A DNA stretch of 64,000 nucleotides. Origin: Octopus sinensis (taxonomy: Eukaryota). The notes under the pieces were generated by a model, which saw only the letters and a program-made list of their open reading frames with translations, did not search any database and was not told the DNA's origin. Within the stretch, counting starts at the first letter, position 1, and every line of letters starts with the position of its first letter. Where the stretch lies: contig NC_043000.1 of NCBI RefSeq assembly GCF_006345805.1, positions 36,828,001-36,892,000 on the forward strand. The letters run 5' to 3'. Position numbers and translations under genes: made by a program. Below are positions 59,941 through 64,000 of this stretch, piece by piece.

Positions 59941-60797
59941 TTTTTGAATAGTTTTACTATAGTTGGTCAAAATCCAAATTGTTATAATAACTATCTCAAC
60001 CTGTATTTAAACACCTTCGTTACTGAGTATCTTCATTGTAATTTTCTGAGTCTATTCACTGTAATTTTCTGTTGTACCGTTTCTGGTCTTCGGAGAATTT
60101 CTTGGTGTTATAACATTATCAGAGATAGCAGATTCCTGCCATTCTTAATTAAGTTATAAACTGATAACTACATCTACTCCCTCGACTCGAAACGGCTTAA
60201 TTATTTTTCAAGTACTTTGTTGTTTATCTTTTTCCATAACTACAATATTTTAAACGAGACTGTGAGAGCCTCTACTAGGTCACTCGACATTCTAGTAAAA
60301 ACAGCCAATTCTCCATTAAAACGCATCGTTTATTCTTAAAGAAAAAATAACAAAAGAAAACGAAAACTTTAGATAAAGTTGTCCTGATATACGATGTCTG
60401 AAAAAAAAAAACGAAATTGTCACATTTGGAACGCCTTTGAACATAGACCTGGTCAATCAATCTAAACAGCAAAAAAACCCAAAAAACATTGTTTTACAAG
60501 GTGCGACAAAATATTTTAGACGGCCATTGATACGGAGCTGGTTACGTTAGGCGACGGTTAATAGTGTCTTTGTATAGAATTTGTTTTACAGCTCTTTCTT
60601 CTGCGGTTTGGGTCAGTGCAACCAGTGTACTTGCCGTTTGTTTGTTTTTTCTTTTATATATATATCCTATATTTAAATTATACTGAGAAACGATACGTGT
60701 TTCTTAAATCAGTCCCTTTCGAACATGGAATTCTGTATTTTATTTATATTCTTAGTTACAGAGTTTCTGACAATTGTTAACATAAACACGTCTAAAA

Positions 60798-61183
60798 CAG
60801 TGGTTCTTAAACGGGGTCCATAGAAGCTGTTGTTGACATTTAACTGGTATAAATTTGTTATATTTCTACAAATCACAAAGTATTATTATATATATATATC
60901 ACTGTGACCGACCAGGCTATCAGATGTAGTTACACATCGCTGGTCACAATGCGTTCGCATTGTTTTAGCCTTCAAATGACGCCACCCCGCTGGCTAAGCG
61001 AGCAGGCCAACAGAAGAAAGAGTGAGAGAAAGTTGTGGTGAAAGAATACAGCAGGGATCACCACACCCTGCCGGAGCCTCGCGGAGCTTTTATTCAATAA
61101 ACACTCACAACGCCCGGTCTAGGAATCGAAACCGCGATCTTACGACCGCGAGTCCGCTGCCCTAACCACTAGGCCATTGCGCC

Positions 61184-61214
<31 letters not shown>

Positions 61215-61331
61215 CCTAATGATATCTAATAATGTGAGATTCTTTTAAATGTTGAATGGCTAGAGAGCCTGTTAGACTAACATAGGAAGCAAAAGGGTCC
61301 ATGGATAACAGAAAATGGTTGAGAAACACTG
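60798..61331. mobile_element. hAT (Charlie-like) MITE interrupted by a SINE in a TA tract
   Basis: CAGTGGTTCTTAAAC...GGTTGAGAAACACTG, with internal sequence matching 46104-46417 in reverse. Confidence 0.8.
60900..61184 (-). mobile_element. SINE family C variant with a different 3' tail
   Basis: Head and body match 50518 up to CTCTTTCTTC, then TGTTGGCCTGCTCGCTTAGCC...GGTCGGTCACAGTG replaces the usual tail. TA-flanked. Confidence 0.9.
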
Positions 61332-61891
61332 TTCAAAATTTTGGGTGGAGAGAAATTGACCGATGATTATATCGACCTTAGAACTAGGCGAATACTCTAT
61401 TATACCGACGCATAAAGATTGAAAGCTGAAGTTAACGTAGATTGAATTTGAACTGGGAATAATATGATCCGGAACAAATATTGCAAAGAACTTTGCCCGT
61501 CACGAACAATTCCACCGACCCACGGTGGTCCTTCATCTTATCATCCTTTGGAAATACAAACGGTAAAGTTGACATTGGATATTTATATTCTAAGTTCAAA
61601 TCCCGCCAAACTTTAACAATTCTGACAATTGGTTGCCTTTTATCGTCTTGAAATATTAATCAGTTAATTAGTCATGTTGCTGGACCTCCACAATACCATG
61701 AGACTGTGAAACCTGTCGACTCGCATAAACGGTTTAGGACAAATCATGCAAACATAACACCCCTCTCTCTCTCTCCTTGTAGTCTGCTATGGCGGTAAAC
61801 TATGGCTAACATATATTAAAGTGGATGTACATAACGCAATCAACCACAAAGTTTTTATGAATTAATATTACAACTGGAGGAAAAAATTCAT

Positions 61892-62072
61892 CGAGCTGGC
61901 AGAATCGTTAGCGAACCAAAAGAATTGCTTAGCGGTATTTCATCCGTCTTCATGTTCCGAGGTTCATAGCATTCCGGGGTCGATAAAATAGTGCCAGTTG
62001 AGTACAGGGGTCGATGTAATCAACTTATCCCCTCACCCGAAAATGCTGGCTTTGCGCCAAAACATGAAATCA
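61892..62072 (+). mobile_element. SINE family A
   Basis: CGAGCTGGCAGAATCGTTAGC...GGGGTCGATAAAATAGTGCCAGTTGAG. Confidence 0.85.
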
Positions 62073-62629
62073 ATATCATGACGTAAAAGTCTCAGTCTAT
62101 CAGTTCTGATAAACAAAGGCAAGGGAAGATAACTCATAAATTTAAATTCATTAGAATTGAAATAGCGAATCAACGGGAATCGAGAGATTCTGATTTGAAG
62201 CTATGTAGGGGACAACTCTAGGCTTGTTCCAGCCGCGTTAAACTCCTCCCTGACCCGGTTACATTAATACTTACGGGTGTAACAGAAACACGTATTGAAA
62301 GTTGATTAATGAACTCATTTGTATGACGAATTAAATGAGTGTTGTCAATCGGAGAGTATTAAGAGATGTCTTCTGCATGAAAATCATATTTAAGTTGGTG
62401 GTAACATGATTAAAACAGTGAGCCAAAATATACCGCGGTCTTGCCAAGTCTCATTCACATTCAACTAAAATTTCTTCGACCAAATCGAAACACATTCCTC
62501 TACTACTGATCCTTCGGAAACAGATAAGCAACTGAAATTATTAGTTTAGGCAATTACCACACAGACACACACACACACATATCTTATACCCAACCCTACA
62601 AATAAAAAAATACAATTACACAATGGTTT

Positions 62630-64000
62630 AGGTCCCCTAACTTGTCCAATGAGAGCTCCACTGCAGTTATTCACGCAAGAAACAGGATCTAGAATACCCC
62701 AAAACATTATCAGATTCTCCAACATCTAGTTGTTTACTCAGCAACGCAACTCTTGCAAAATCCCAACCTGAACCATGAAAGATGCCTCCGTACATCGATT
62801 ACCCCTGAAGCTACACCACTTCCCAAATTGCAGCTGATCCTTCTGGTCGCTCGCCAAAAGAATCTCCAGCATAATAAAAATCACTTATCCGCTATTTCTC
62901 AATGAAGACAGCTCTACAAGTAGAATTTCCGCCGGCGAAACATCCATCCGCTTTCGCTATTTACTTTGCTTCCAACTCCATATGCTCTCAGGGGAAAAAA
63001 AAAAACAAATCACCATAACAATCCTCTCTTTGCACCACCAAGTTCCTCAGCTTGCACAAAAACACATTGTGAAATGACCAACGGTCACTTCAAATCAACA
63101 AGAACACAAGCCTTGACTATATCCCTTCGATTACCCATATCTTGCTCAAGTACTTCAAAATTCTTCAGTCGAGCTCTCTCTCTCTCTCTGCAAGGAATAT
63201 GCGCTGAACTCTGGAAACACGCTACTGTGCATCTTAATCTCCATGAAGGTAACCCCTTTCCGACCCTGCCAACTATTCTTCGCCACACTTCCCGTATCCA
63301 AAAATCCTGGAGATTGCAACTAATAACGACTTTCTTCAGCATTTGGAATCGCTTTCATTGCTTAATGACCACAAGTACAGTTTTCAGAGAGAGTCACATC
63401 CATTGGGAACCTACTCTCTTATATCACTTTCTCATCTGAGACAAATCATGAGAAACCAATATTGACTTGAATATCAAATCTTCCGACGAGATCTGGCATG
63501 AGATTCTTCTATCGAATCTATCCTCCAATGAACTCCATCTGTTTCTTCTTATTTTTATCACTAACTTCATATCCATTCGCCCATTCTGCAGCGTGCCAAA
63601 CGCTAAAGAGAATCAGGTTCCTTCCTCCCACGATTTTCATGTACTTACACTGCTACTTGCAACACCGACCACTGATGCATAAACAAAAGGCAACAATTCA
63701 TTCCCCACTAACCTTCCCTAACAATGCCGAAACCTAGACACCACACGCCAAACCGGCAATCATTCCATGAACGCCGACCTCAAAAGTATCTTCCATTGGG
63801 GCCTTATCAATCTTGTCTGTTTGAGCAACAAAAATACAAGGACTATTCATTCGAAGAAAACATCACCGCAACATTCCCAAAAATTATTTTTGTTAGCAAA
63901 AGCAGGTTCATAGCTAGGAGTGCATCTCAAAGACCGAACCTTCAATTCGCAGCCAGAAGTTAGTCGGGTCCTCAACAATTAATGATACACTACAAAAATC
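62630..64000 (-). mobile_element. Heavily decayed sequence, possibly non-LTR (L1/Tx1-like) ORF1 relics
   Basis: Minus-strand fragments LIVED..GCELK..RC and KACVLVDLK*PL...EHM loosely suggest RRM/zinc-knuckle ORF1 remnants. Many stops. Confidence 0.3.

Overview
This is AT-rich eukaryotic intronic or intergenic DNA. The dense tRNA-derived SINE families and very heavy TA/CA/ATT microsatellite load suggest a coleoid cephalopod, probably Octopus (inference). I found no convincing intact host protein-coding gene, RNA gene or CRISPR array. Most ORFs in the supplied track are microsatellite or repeat artefacts. Recognisable protein homology is all transposon-derived: a decayed Helitron PIF1-type helicase with its 3' terminus (8925-10329), a full-length dead mariner DD34D element with TIRs and TA duplication (35229-36486), a Tc1 DD34E element lacking its left end (43441-44792), and fragments of CR1, L2/Crack-like, RTE, R4/Dong and Penelope-like retroelements. 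There are also many SINE, MITE, Helitron and Helentron-type non-autonomous copies, often nested. The more unusual observations are: degenerate minimal hammerhead-ribozyme motifs tied to Penelope-like remnants; a ~16-copy 19-mer array made from a SINE Pol III A-box head; a (TAA)n landing-pad nest containing an unexplained 553-bp element; four co-oriented Helitron termini in 4.4 kb; a near-perfect 958-bp tandem duplication bounded by (TA)n tracts; several long inverted repeats; and two weak candidate first coding exons on the minus strand. None of these is established as a new biological system. All need the checks listed. Repeat boundaries were set by eye and are approximate unless TSDs are quoted.
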